64,000 nucleotides of DNA from Nibricoccus sp. (GCA_047602425.1 JASGHG010000001.1:1950263-2014262); one strand, 5' to 3'; shown: positions 48,599 through 57,040, counted from the stretch's first letter. Notes: a model not told the origin generated them from the sequence alone. Numbers and translations: made by a program.

Positions 48599-49804
48599 TT
48601 ACTTGGCCTGCGCTTTAAGCCGTGTATTTTCTGACTCCAAAGCTTCGATACGCTTTTCTTGTCTAATTGCGTGGAGCGTTAACTCTTCAATCTTAGCCAA
48701 TAGAATCGCTTGCATTTCGCCCATCGAAACCCCTTTCTCCGCCACGTCTTTCGCCGAAGGAACGCCAGGGAGATGCTTCTCGATTATGATGTGCTGTTCA
48801 ACCTCGGTCAAAGGCTGCAACTTGTACCCATCGGCAAACACGTAGTCCGACCAATTCGTCGTCTCTACGACCACTTCTCTTGCGCGGATTCGGCCGTTGA
48901 CTGACAGTTTTTCGGTTGGGCTCGTCGTACCGATGCCAACGTTGCCACCTTCGGGATTCAATAAGAGGGAATAACTAGTTCCACTCTGCAATGTAGTATT
49001 ACCTGTGGCATTATTATACAATTCCAGCGTCCCGGCTTGCGCCGCAGTTGGTGTACCGTAACCAAGTCCAGAGCCAAGTTTTCCGCTATTGGATATGGCA
49101 ACGCTTCCGCAAACTTCTAATGTTTTGGATGGACTCGTCGTTCCGATGCCGACGCTGCCATTCGCATCAATACGCATACGTTCGGATATATTGACTGCGC
49201 CTCCATCAGTCGACGTTTGAACGGGCCCCGTTAAAAACGCAATGTATCCTCCGTTGGCCTCGATTGCTGAACGTGATGCTGGAACCTCGGTGCTGGATAC
49301 ATAACCAATGTCCAAATGTTTTGCCTTAACGGCATAGCCAAGAAACGACGCACCAGAACTATATTGCGAACCAAGCACGAACAGCGTGCCGCTGCCATAC
49401 GCACCGTAGAGATAGTCCACCCCCCAAGTGCTGTTATCATAGCCAGCGGTAATCGGGCCAATCACATGCAACGGTGTGCGTGGGCTCGTCGTGCCAATAC
49501 CGACGTTGCCGCCGCCGGGGTTAAGGCTTAACGGGTAGTACTGTACTCCGGTTTTCATCGCTTGGACGTATCCATAACCGAAGTCGGCTCGAAAACCGAT
49601 TCGCGTGCCTTCTGGGCTTCCATCTCCAGGATCAGACGAAGCCGCACCACTAAAGAGACCTGAGCCGACAACCGCCAATTTCGTACTAGCTCCCGGGTTA
49701 GTCGTTCCGATACCAATGTTGCCGGAGTTCTGCCAGAGGTTTGTTTGAGCGTAGCTGGTGGTAATGACGGCGAGCGGAAAAAGGAGGACTGTGTAGATTT
49801 TCAT
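48599..49804 (-). CDS. Tail-fibre-like secreted protein, paralogue 5 of 9
   Basis: Signal peptide and four GN(V/I)GIGTT punctuation motifs (GNIGIGTTNPGAS, GNVGIGTTSPRTPLHV, GSVGIGTTSPSKTLEV, GNVGIGTTSPTEKLSV), then the conserved C-module. Confidence 0.85.
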   Translation of the reverse strand: MKIYTVLLFPLAVITTSYAQTNLWQNSGNIGIGTTNPGASTKLAVVGSGLFSGAASSDPGDGSPEGTRIGFRADFGYGYVQAMKTGVQYYPLSLNPGGGNVGIGTTSPRTPLHVIGPITAGYDNSTWGVDYLYGAYGSGTLFVLGSQYSSGASFLGYAVKAKHLDIGYVSSTEVPASRSAIEANGGYIAFLTGPVQTSTDGGAVNISERMRIDANGSVGIGTTSPSKTLEVCGSVAISNSGKLGSGLGYGTPTAAQAGTLELYNNATGNTTLQSGTSYSLLLNPEGGNVGIGTTSPTEKLSVNGRIRAREVVVETTNWSDYVFADGYKLQPLTEVEQHIIIEKHLPGVPSAKDVAEKGVSMGEMQAILLAKIEELTLHAIRQEKRIEALESENTRLKAQAK

Positions 49805-49849
49805 ATGGATGTTTTAACCACTGATATTCATTGATGAACACTGATATAG

Positions 49850-50791
49850 TTATATACTCCCGGCTTTGAGCTGGGCGTTTTCCGCTTCGAGGGCTTTGAT
49901 TCGCTCGTTCTGCGATGCGAGCTGTTTCGCTTGCTGAATTTGATGCAATGTCAGTTCCTCAATCTTCGCCAAGAGGATCGCCTGCATGTAGCCAATGGAG
50001 ACGCCCTTCTCAGCCACTTCTTTCGCGGACGGAACTCCGGGAAGATGCTTCTCGGTTATGATGTGCAGCTCCACCTCGGCGAGTGACTGCACCTTATAGC
50101 CGTCGACAAACACATAATCCGCCCAGTTCGCTGTCTCCACAATCACTTCCCTCGCGCGGATTCGGCCGTTGACTGAGAGCTTTTCCGATGGGCTCGTCGT
50201 GCCGATGCCGACGTTGCCAGTGTTGGCTTGAATTCTTACCTTCTCGCTGCCGTCCAGATTGAACGTTATGAATCCACCAAAACCCGATGTTCCGGACTGT
50301 AGTTTTAATTCGCCGCTTTGAATATTAGCCAATAGGTTCGCCTGTATGCTTCCGTTCGTAGCGAAATTTATTCCTTTAAACTGGGAATTGTCGGTGCCGT
50401 TTAGAGTTAAAATTGGCGCAATACCCTTAACTTCCAGCAAGCTTGCCGGCGTAGTCGTGCCGATACCTATTTTACCACCGTTGGGATTTAAAAGTAGTGG
50501 ATAAATTTGAGTGAGATCCGTTTGGTTTGTTACCTGCAACGACCCTCCATCGCCGCCGTTCACGCTAAAATCAATCACGCCATTGCTACCCGCTCCCTGT
50601 AACCGAAGGATTCCAACTTGGTTTGATCCACTGCTCGCAGGAAAGCCGGTATCGCCAAGGATGTGTGTTCTCAATCCCGGGCTCACAATTCCGATGCCAA
50701 TATTACCGGAGGCAGGCCATGGATAAGTGTTTTGCGCGTAGCTATTGGCTATAATGGCGAGCGAAGTGAGGAGGAGTGCAAAAGATTTCAT
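49850..50791 (-). CDS. Tail-fibre-like secreted protein, paralogue 6 of 9
   Basis: Start placed at the internal MKSFALLLTSLAIIANSYAQ|NTYPWPASGNIGIG. Conserved C-module present. Confidence 0.85.
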   Translation of the reverse strand: MKSFALLLTSLAIIANSYAQNTYPWPASGNIGIGIVSPGLRTHILGDTGFPASSGSNQVGILRLQGAGSNGVIDFSVNGGDGGSLQVTNQTDLTQIYPLLLNPNGGKIGIGTTTPASLLEVKGIAPILTLNGTDNSQFKGINFATNGSIQANLLANIQSGELKLQSGTSGFGGFITFNLDGSEKVRIQANTGNVGIGTTSPSEKLSVNGRIRAREVIVETANWADYVFVDGYKVQSLAEVELHIITEKHLPGVPSAKEVAEKGVSIGYMQAILLAKIEELTLHQIQQAKQLASQNERIKALEAENAQLKAGSI

Positions 50792-50840
50792 CGGGGCATT
50801 TTCAACCACTGATTTTCACTAACGACCATGGATATAGGTT

Positions 50841-51896
50841 TTATTGGGATCGGGCTTTGAGCTGGCTGTTCTCGGTCTTGAGCGTGGTGACTTCAGCGCG
50901 AAGAGAGGCCAGTTCTTTTTCCTGCGCTATCTGGTGCAGTGTAATCTCCTCAATCTTGGCGAGCAGGATCGCCTGCATGTCGCCGAGTGAGACGCCGTTG
51001 GCTGTCACATCCTTCGCGGATGGGACGCCAGGGAGGTGCTTCTCCATTTTAATGTGCTGCTCGACCTCTGCCAAAGGTCGCAACCTGTAGCTATCTGCGA
51101 AAACGTAATCTGACCAATTGCTCGTCTCTACGACTACTTCTCTCGCACGGATTCGGCCGTTGACCGAAAGTTTTTCCGATGGACTCGTCGTACCTATGCC
51201 AACGTTGCCGTTCGATCCTTGTATAAACATTCGAATGCTCGGAGTATAAGCTGATCCGATGGTCAGGCCGATATTCGTGCTAATCGCCAGATTTCCAGCG
51301 GAGAAACTAACCTGCCCAGAATTTGAATCTCGAGCGATCCACCCGTTGCCCGATATGTATTCAGCATTGTGTGTTATTGCCAGTTCCCCGGAGTATCCGC
51401 TAAAATAGCCTCCACCCTGACCGCTGTTCAGGTTAACACGCAAAGATGTACCGGTGTCGCCAGGGCTGCCATAGCATTTATCGGCATAAATCACCGGAAT
51501 GTTGGTGCCCGTTGTAGGGCCAAGAATGTGCAGCGATGCTGTCGGAGCCGACGCGCCGATTCCAATACGACCAGCAGCATCAATTAATAATCTATCGGCG
51601 CAAGCAAGATTGTCAGCGAAATGCCATTTGCTTTCACCAGATCCGTCCACGTATATACCAAAGGTTCGCCCACCGACCGCTGTGTTGGAAAACTGAATCC
51701 CTGAACCCCAGCCGGGACCATTGCCGGTGAGATAAATCGCGGGAAAATTAACCGACGCCGAGTCTATATGCAAACGGCCAGAAACAGGGATGGTCGTTCC
51801 GATGCCAATATTTCCTGAATTCTGCCACAAATTGGACTGAGCATAACCAGCCGTTGTGGACGCAAAGACAATAAAATGAACCAAAGTGAATTTCAT
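50841..51896 (-). CDS. Tail-fibre-like secreted protein, paralogue 7 of 9
   Basis: Signal peptide, YAQSNLWQNSGNIGIGTT, and the conserved C-module plus coiled coil. Confidence 0.85.
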   Translation of the reverse strand: MKFTLVHFIVFASTTAGYAQSNLWQNSGNIGIGTTIPVSGRLHIDSASVNFPAIYLTGNGPGWGSGIQFSNTAVGGRTFGIYVDGSGESKWHFADNLACADRLLIDAAGRIGIGASAPTASLHILGPTTGTNIPVIYADKCYGSPGDTGTSLRVNLNSGQGGGYFSGYSGELAITHNAEYISGNGWIARDSNSGQVSFSAGNLAISTNIGLTIGSAYTPSIRMFIQGSNGNVGIGTTSPSEKLSVNGRIRAREVVVETSNWSDYVFADSYRLRPLAEVEQHIKMEKHLPGVPSAKDVTANGVSLGDMQAILLAKIEEITLHQIAQEKELASLRAEVTTLKTENSQLKARSQ

Positions 51897-51909
51897 CGAA
51901 TCATACTTG

Positions 51910-53115
51910 TCACTTAGCCGTGGTTTTTAATCGTGAATTTTCGGTTTCGAGAACCTGGAGTTTAGCCTGCAAATCATTGATCATCTTTGCCTGCGTAAGT
52001 TGGATTTTTTCCTGCGCGATTTGATGCAGTGTTAGTTCCTCGATCTTCGCCAAGAGAATCGCCTGCATATCTCCGATGGAAACGCCCTTTTGGCCGACCT
52101 CCTGCGCGGAGGGCACGCCGGGGAGGTGCTTCTCGTTTTTGATGTGCTGCTCCACTTCAGCCAATGGTTGCAACTTGTAGCTATCGGCAAAGACATGGTC
52201 CGACCAATTGGCCGTTTCAACGACCACTTCCTTCGCCCGTATCTTGCCGTTTACGGAGAGTTTTTCCGACGGGCTCGTCGTTCCTATACCGATATTCCCA
52301 CCACGGGTGATCGACAGTCTTTCTGCAAAAGTGCCGTCAGAATTAAGATCGTTTGTATATAGCCCTATCGTCGTTCCATAACCTCCATCACGACCGAATA
52401 CTATACCCGCCCCCCCGCCACCACCTGATTGGTATGTGATTCCATCCCAGCATACGTTACCGACATCTCCGTCTATTCGAATGCCATTTCCACTCAGCTG
52501 ATTGATATTAGAAGGGAGTGTTGTTTGGCTACTTCCGGCGATGGTCAAACGACTGGAGGGGGCAGTAGTCCCAATCCCGACCTTTCCACCAATCGGGTTG
52601 ATGACCAGGCTCTTATAGTTGTCTCCCGGCTTCACAGCTTGAATCCATGAATAACCCCCGTCGTTGATGCCTATGAGGAGCTTATTATCTGTGTTCTCGC
52701 CAGTACCCGTAGTGACCTGAAGAATCCCTTGATCAGTAACAGATGAACTCGACCCCGTAACCGATAATTTCCCCCAAGGCGTTTTTGTTCCTATCCCTAC
52801 GTTGCCGTAGTCATACATTGAAATTATCGCTTGGATATTGCCGTCCGAATATCGCTTATTGCCTATCGTAAATGTATACCCCGTCCGGTCTGAACTGAAA
52901 ATAAGTGCACCCTGATTTGGGTACTCCAAGTTCTCCATTGTCACCCCACGATAGCTGTTGGACAGCAATCTAATTGCGGTACTATTTACGTCCAATGCAT
53001 ATTGAGGATTCGTAGTCCCGATGCCGACATTACCTGCATTCTCCCACAGGTTGGTTTGCGTGTAACCAGCAACGGTAACCATAATAATACAGAGTAATGC
53101 AATGATGGATCTCAT
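51910..53115 (-). CDS. Tail-fibre-like secreted protein, paralogue 8 of 9
   Basis: Signal peptide, YTQTNLWENAGNVGIGTTNP, four punctuation motifs, and the conserved C-module plus coiled coil. Confidence 0.85.
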   Translation of the reverse strand: MRSIIALLCIIMVTVAGYTQTNLWENAGNVGIGTTNPQYALDVNSTAIRLLSNSYRGVTMENLEYPNQGALIFSSDRTGYTFTIGNKRYSDGNIQAIISMYDYGNVGIGTKTPWGKLSVTGSSSSVTDQGILQVTTGTGENTDNKLLIGINDGGYSWIQAVKPGDNYKSLVINPIGGKVGIGTTAPSSRLTIAGSSQTTLPSNINQLSGNGIRIDGDVGNVCWDGITYQSGGGGGAGIVFGRDGGYGTTIGLYTNDLNSDGTFAERLSITRGGNIGIGTTSPSEKLSVNGKIRAKEVVVETANWSDHVFADSYKLQPLAEVEQHIKNEKHLPGVPSAQEVGQKGVSIGDMQAILLAKIEELTLHQIAQEKIQLTQAKMINDLQAKLQVLETENSRLKTTAK

Positions 53116-53144
53116 TATTTTATGAAGTTAAATCTAGAATAGAC

Positions 53145-54327
53145 TTACGGCTTAGTTGCCTTTAATCGCTCGTTCTGCGCCTTGAGATAAAACACCTCGT
53201 TCTGGAGCGAGTTGAGCGATTTTTCCTGCGCGATCTGCTGCAATGTTAGTTCTTCGATTTTTGCCAGAAGGATGGCCTGCATGTCGCCGACGGAAACGCC
53301 GTTGGCGGCAATTTCCTGCGCGGACGGCACACCGGGTAGGCGCTTCTCGGTTTTGATGTGCTGCTCTACTTCGGAGAGCGACTGTAACTTGTAGCTATCG
53401 GCAAACACGTAATCCGACCAACCCGTCGTCTCTACGATCACTTCCTTCGCCCGGATCCTGCCATTGACCGAAAGCTTCTCGCCCGGGCTCGTTGTGCCAA
53501 TGCCGACGTTGCCACCATTCTCTTGGAGCGTAACTGGCTCTCCGCTTGATGTTGTATATATTGCCAGCCGCCTAGCAGCATTGAACCATTTGATATAGCC
53601 TGCCTGACTATACCACGTTCCTAGGCCAAGGTAAGAATCCACCGACTGCCCTCCCGAAAGCCACGCCCCATAATAGTCTCCGTCTGAACCCACATTAAAC
53701 GTTCCTCCAACTACGCTCAACTTTTGCATCGGAGTAGTCGTGCCGATGCCAATATTGCCGTTTTTAAGAACGGTCCAAGGATTTGAAAACGCTCCGTTAT
53801 AACCCTCCAATGTGAACATCGAGTCCCGTGCACTGAATTGCCATGCAGAAATTGAGGTGTTGTATATGCCTCCACCTGTAACAGCTCTGTTGAAGCCAAG
53901 TCCCGCTGTTTCGCCCGCTCGAATGCTGATGGCATTCGCTCCACCGTCAGAAATCACTAATTTATCTCCAGGATTGGTCGTCCCAATGCCGACATTGCCA
54001 CCCAATGGGTTAAGCGCAAGAGGGTAGCAAAATCCATTAGCTCCATTGTTGCGGGTCTGCATCCACCATGCATTCAAGGCGCTTTGATCATAACCCATCG
54101 CTAGGTCTACTCCTCCGTTACCCGCAGTGAAATTTACGATAGCCGAAGCCGTAGAGTTGAGCGACGGCGCGAACGTCGAAGCATTCTTAACCGTCAAGGC
54201 AGATGTCGGACTCGTTGTGCCTATACCAACGTTGCCAGAAGCAGGCCAAGGATATGTATTTTGGGCGTGGACTACAGTTGCAGCGGCGAGGCTCGAAGGA
54301 GGCGAGGAGCAGGAGGTGTTTGCTCAT
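53145..54327 (-). pseudogene. Tail-fibre-like secreted protein, paralogue 9 of 9 (frameshift inside the signal peptide)
   Basis: The track ORF (53145-54197) starts inside the protein. Its frame is open up to 54323 and reads ...SLAAATVVHAQNTYPWPASGNVGIGTTSPTSALTVKNAS..., but contains no start codon. The only ATG (54327, MSKHLLLLASFE...) is in another frame. The two frames join near 54292. Confidence 0.75.
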
Positions 54328-55221
54328 AAAGATAGGGTTGGACGAAGTTAAAGCGGAACAAGTGCAGGCGCAGACCTGCCTTTACCTTGTGGTGCAAGAG
54401 GGCGGTGCGACCCAAAAGAACAGCGGGCCGGCTTATTGGGCCAACTAGCTGCAACCAGCGGTTGGGGTGGCCATGAGCGGGCAGCCTGAGCAAGCTACCG
54501 GACAGCCAGAAGCCATGCCGGAAGGCACGGACGTGCGGAGCGTAACAGCTCGAAAGCATAATTGAAGGGTTGCGCGACAGGTAATGACGGCATGAACGCC
54601 ATCGGCGTGATGCGATCTGGGGTCCTACCCTATCGCGCCAAGTCACCCGCCAAGGGTTTCCCACGTGAAAAGAGTTGAATGCTAGATCAGTTCCCAATTC
54701 GCCGAACCATTTGCCTGATGTCAATACGTTTTCTTCAGTTTTTGTGACAGCGCAGCAAATTTCAGGTCACAGCAGTTGCGTCGATCGCACACAAAAACTG
54801 CCCACAGCGCCCGTATGGCGTCGGTCAAATTCTAAACCACGCTTCAATGGGATTTGCGTTCCCTACAAAAAACCCTTCACCCAATTCTTATCGGCTTTCT
54901 TATCGGTTTTGAAACCCCGACTCGCCAAGCAGAGTGAAAATTCAAAATACTGCACATTGTTCATCTGTCAGTTTACAAACGCAATGGACGTAGATGGACG
55001 TCCTTCAGAAAACTTAAAATCCCTTGTCCGAAAGGATGTGCATCCAAAACCGGCGAGGGTCGAAATGAAGCATACGAACAGAGTATCTAACCGCTAGATT
55101 GCCGCTAAAATGGTTAGCTTAAGCCTAACTTTTTGATACGGACAGAGGCCATAAATTATAATTAAAACATTTATCTTGAACAACTTACTAAAGTATTTAA
55201 TTTTCTATAAACTGCCCAAAC

Positions 55222-55253
55222 GCGGGTTCAACCCCCGCCACCTCCACCAATTT
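55222..55253 (+). repeat. tmRNA/tRNA 3'-end fragment with complete T-arm and encoded CCA (att-like, right copy)
   Basis: GCGGG-TTCAACC-CCCGC-CACCTCC-A-CCA followed by ATTT. Compare the E. coli ssrA 3' end GCGGGUUCAACUCCCGCCAGCUCCACCA. The upstream sequence is AT-rich and not tmRNA- or tRNA-like. Confidence 0.75.
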
Positions 55254-55255
55254 GC

Positions 55256-55304
55256 AAAAAGCGCTGTGACATATTTTTATTTCGCAGCGCTTTTTTGTTT
55301 TTTT
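55256..55304 (+). terminator. Rho-independent terminator (bidirectional-looking) immediately after the CCA end
   Basis: AAAAA-GCGCTG-(18-nt loop)-CAGCGC-TTTTTTGTTTTTTT. It could also terminate the convergent radical SAM gene. Confidence 0.75.
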
Positions 55305-55370
55305 AAGGGCCGAAGCTCGAAAATGAAAATGCCATAACCATCGCTTCGCTCTACGCGTGGCGAGGAGGGG

Positions 55371-56501
55371 TCATAAAAATTCGAGTTGGCGGTCGCCGGG
55401 GGGCATAAACGCATCTGTCGAGAGCTCGTGGCGGTTTGTTTGGAAGCCCAAGCGACGCGCGGTCACTTCAAACATGCGCGCCATCTGATCAGCGAAAAGT
55501 CCTGAACCCCGCATGCGTTCGCCCCAGTTTGAGTTATAAAGCGCACCGTCGCGCATGGCACGCACGCGAGCGAGGACCCGATCTTTCTTCGTTGGCTCGT
55601 GCTCGTCCAGCCACGCGCAAAAAATATCCTTCACACCATGGGGTAAACGCAGAAGGACATAGCCCGCGCGTGTGGCGCCGGCTTCACGTGCAGCCTCAAG
55701 AATGGAAGGTAATTCGTGGTCGGTCAGGCCTGGAATCATGGGCGCCGCCAGCACGGAAACCGGGATGCCTGCGGCGGAAAGGCGTCTGATTGTCTCAAGT
55801 CGAAGGTTTGGCAAAGAGGCCCGGGGCTCCATTTTGTGCGCGAGCTCCGAATTCAGAGTGGTGACCGAAATCGTCACATTGGCCGCGTTTGCAGCGGCTA
55901 AACTCGCCAGCAGATCGATATCGCGAGAGACAAGAGCGTTCTTGGTGATAATAGCCACTGGGTTTTTGAAATTGTCCAGCACCTCCAAGCATTGTCGGGT
56001 CAGACAAAAATGTCGCTCGGCAGGTTGATAGCAATCCGTCACGCCGCTCATTACGAGCACCTGCGGCTTCCATTTTCTCGAGGAAAGTTCTTGGCGCAGA
56101 AGAATTGGCGCGCGGGTCTTCACGAAAATCTTCGTCTCGAAATCGAGCCCGGCAGAGAAGCCGAGATATTCGTGAAACGGCCTGGCGAAACAGTATGCAC
56201 AGCCGTGCTCACAGCCCCGATATACATTGATCGACGTTTCAAAGCCGACATCAGGACTGTCGTTATGCGTGATAATCGATTCCGCGCTGTCCTCGAAAAA
56301 CTGTGTCCTTGGCGCCGGCAAATCTTCGGGGTTGAGAGAAGCATCAGGATCCGGTTCGACTTTGATCCTTTCGAATCTGCCTGAGGGATTTATCGTTGAA
56401 CCTCTCCCTCGAAAAGCGGCGCTAAATTGATCCGACGTTTTAGTGTTCATTTGAACACCTATTGCCATCATAGGGCTTTCGTCAAACGTCGCGGCCGTCA
56501 A
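55371..56501 (-). CDS. PA0069-family radical SAM protein
   Basis: The GRGSTINPSGRFE N-terminal motif and YRGCEHGCAYCFARP (CxxxCxxC cluster) are characteristic of this family. Confidence 0.85.
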   Translation of the reverse strand: MTAATFDESPMMAIGVQMNTKTSDQFSAAFRGRGSTINPSGRFERIKVEPDPDASLNPEDLPAPRTQFFEDSAESIITHNDSPDVGFETSINVYRGCEHGCAYCFARPFHEYLGFSAGLDFETKIFVKTRAPILLRQELSSRKWKPQVLVMSGVTDCYQPAERHFCLTRQCLEVLDNFKNPVAIITKNALVSRDIDLLASLAAANAANVTISVTTLNSELAHKMEPRASLPNLRLETIRRLSAAGIPVSVLAAPMIPGLTDHELPSILEAAREAGATRAGYVLLRLPHGVKDIFCAWLDEHEPTKKDRVLARVRAMRDGALYNSNWGERMRGSGLFADQMARMFEVTARRLGFQTNRHELSTDAFMPPGDRQLEFL

Positions 56502-56506
56502 TCAAC

Positions 56507-57040
56507 TCAACGAGCTGCGTCGAGGCGAGTTCCGGCGGATTTTTCGGCCGAGCCAAGCACGAGCGGCGCTAATTCGACCCGGAATTTTTCCACAACCTCG
56601 CGTTGCGCTGTCGCGCGCTCAATCAGACGCTCAAACGAAATTCCAATGAAATCTGCCGAACCATCTTCCATCGTTTCGTCCAAGGCACGCCACAATGCTT
56701 CCTTCCCCGCGATACCGAGCGAAAGCGCTTCCAAGGCCTGAAAGGTGGAGAAAGACCTGCGGTTGGCCTTCCGGAGTTTGCGGCGGCCGATATGCGCCGA
56801 CCAGCGCGCAAGCACTTGGCGACCGCGGGGCGTTTTTGCACCCAGTTTGTCGGCAATTCGCCGCAGCTCTTCGCGGTCAGCCACAATTTCGTCCATCAGT
56901 TTTTCCACCGCCGATCCAAGCAATTCGTCCCGATGCTTCTCTATGAGAGCCCGAAGCATTTCGATCGCAATTTCCGCTCCACTGAGGTGATTGCCGAGAT
57001 AGATCTCCAGATTGGTTTTCATGCGATGAAGACGGTGCAT
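56507..57040 (-). CDS. Hypothetical all-helical protein
   Basis: 177-aa ORF ending 5 nt upstream of the radical SAM start, with helical-bundle-like composition. No family recognised. Confidence 0.5.
   Translation of the reverse strand: MHRLHRMKTNLEIYLGNHLSGAEIAIEMLRALIEKHRDELLGSAVEKLMDEIVADREELRRIADKLGAKTPRGRQVLARWSAHIGRRKLRKANRRSFSTFQALEALSLGIAGKEALWRALDETMEDGSADFIGISFERLIERATAQREVVEKFRVELAPLVLGSAEKSAGTRLDAAR

Larger units (their letters stand above)
34725..55226. mobile_element. Putative integrated genomic-island remnant (cargo: RHS toxin module plus fibre-gene array). No integrase detected.
   Basis: Bracketed by the two direct tmRNA-3'-end-like repeats. GCGACAG-type repeats occur just inside both ends. 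All genes are co-directional on the minus strand and accessory in nature. Confidence 0.5.

Noticed and set aside
44150-54327. A diversity-generating retroelement or shufflon as the source of fibre variability.
   Set aside because: - There is no reverse transcriptase, template/variable repeat pair or C-type-lectin-like variable C-terminus.
- There is no invertase and no inverted sfx-like repeats.
- All copies are in the same orientation, and the variability lies in whole modules.
44150-54327. A prophage or tailocin, or a peptidase S74 intramolecular-chaperone tail fibre.
   Set aside because: - No capsid, terminase, sheath, tube, baseplate or lysis genes occur in the window.
- The proteins have Sec signal peptides.
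- The conserved C-module lacks the S74-type Ser-Lys (SDxRxK) pattern.
54418-54445. An RNase P RNA, suggested by AACAGCGGGCCGGCTTAT, which resembles the conserved ACAGAACCCGGCUUA (P4 3' strand).
   Set aside because: The obligatory GAGGAAAGUCCGGGC (P4 5' strand) and the other conserved regions are absent on either strand. The match also sits at the wrong end of the GC-rich region.
54272-54724. The 150-aa minus-strand ORF upstream of the fibre array.
   Set aside because: Its sequence is W/R/H/L-rich and does not look like a protein. It overlaps the true start of paralogue 9 and an equally long plus-strand pseudo-ORF. This is typical of GC-rich non-coding DNA.
54675-55097. The 140-aa plus-strand ORF in the island's right-end spacer.
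   Set aside because: It has low-complexity, non-protein-like composition, no recognisable domain and no partner genes. It spans the AT-rich arm next to the att-like fragment, so I treat it as non-coding.
54312-55249. A complete plus-strand tmRNA gene running from GGAGGTG at 54312 to the CCA end at 55249.
   Set aside because: - GGAGGTG is simply the reverse complement of codons 5-7 of the fibre paralogue 9 start (ATGAGCAAACACCTCCTG).
- The span would be about 940 nt, far too long.
- The last 500 nt are AT-rich and unstructured.
- I found no GGNUUCGAC element and no plausible tag ORF ending in ...AA-stop.
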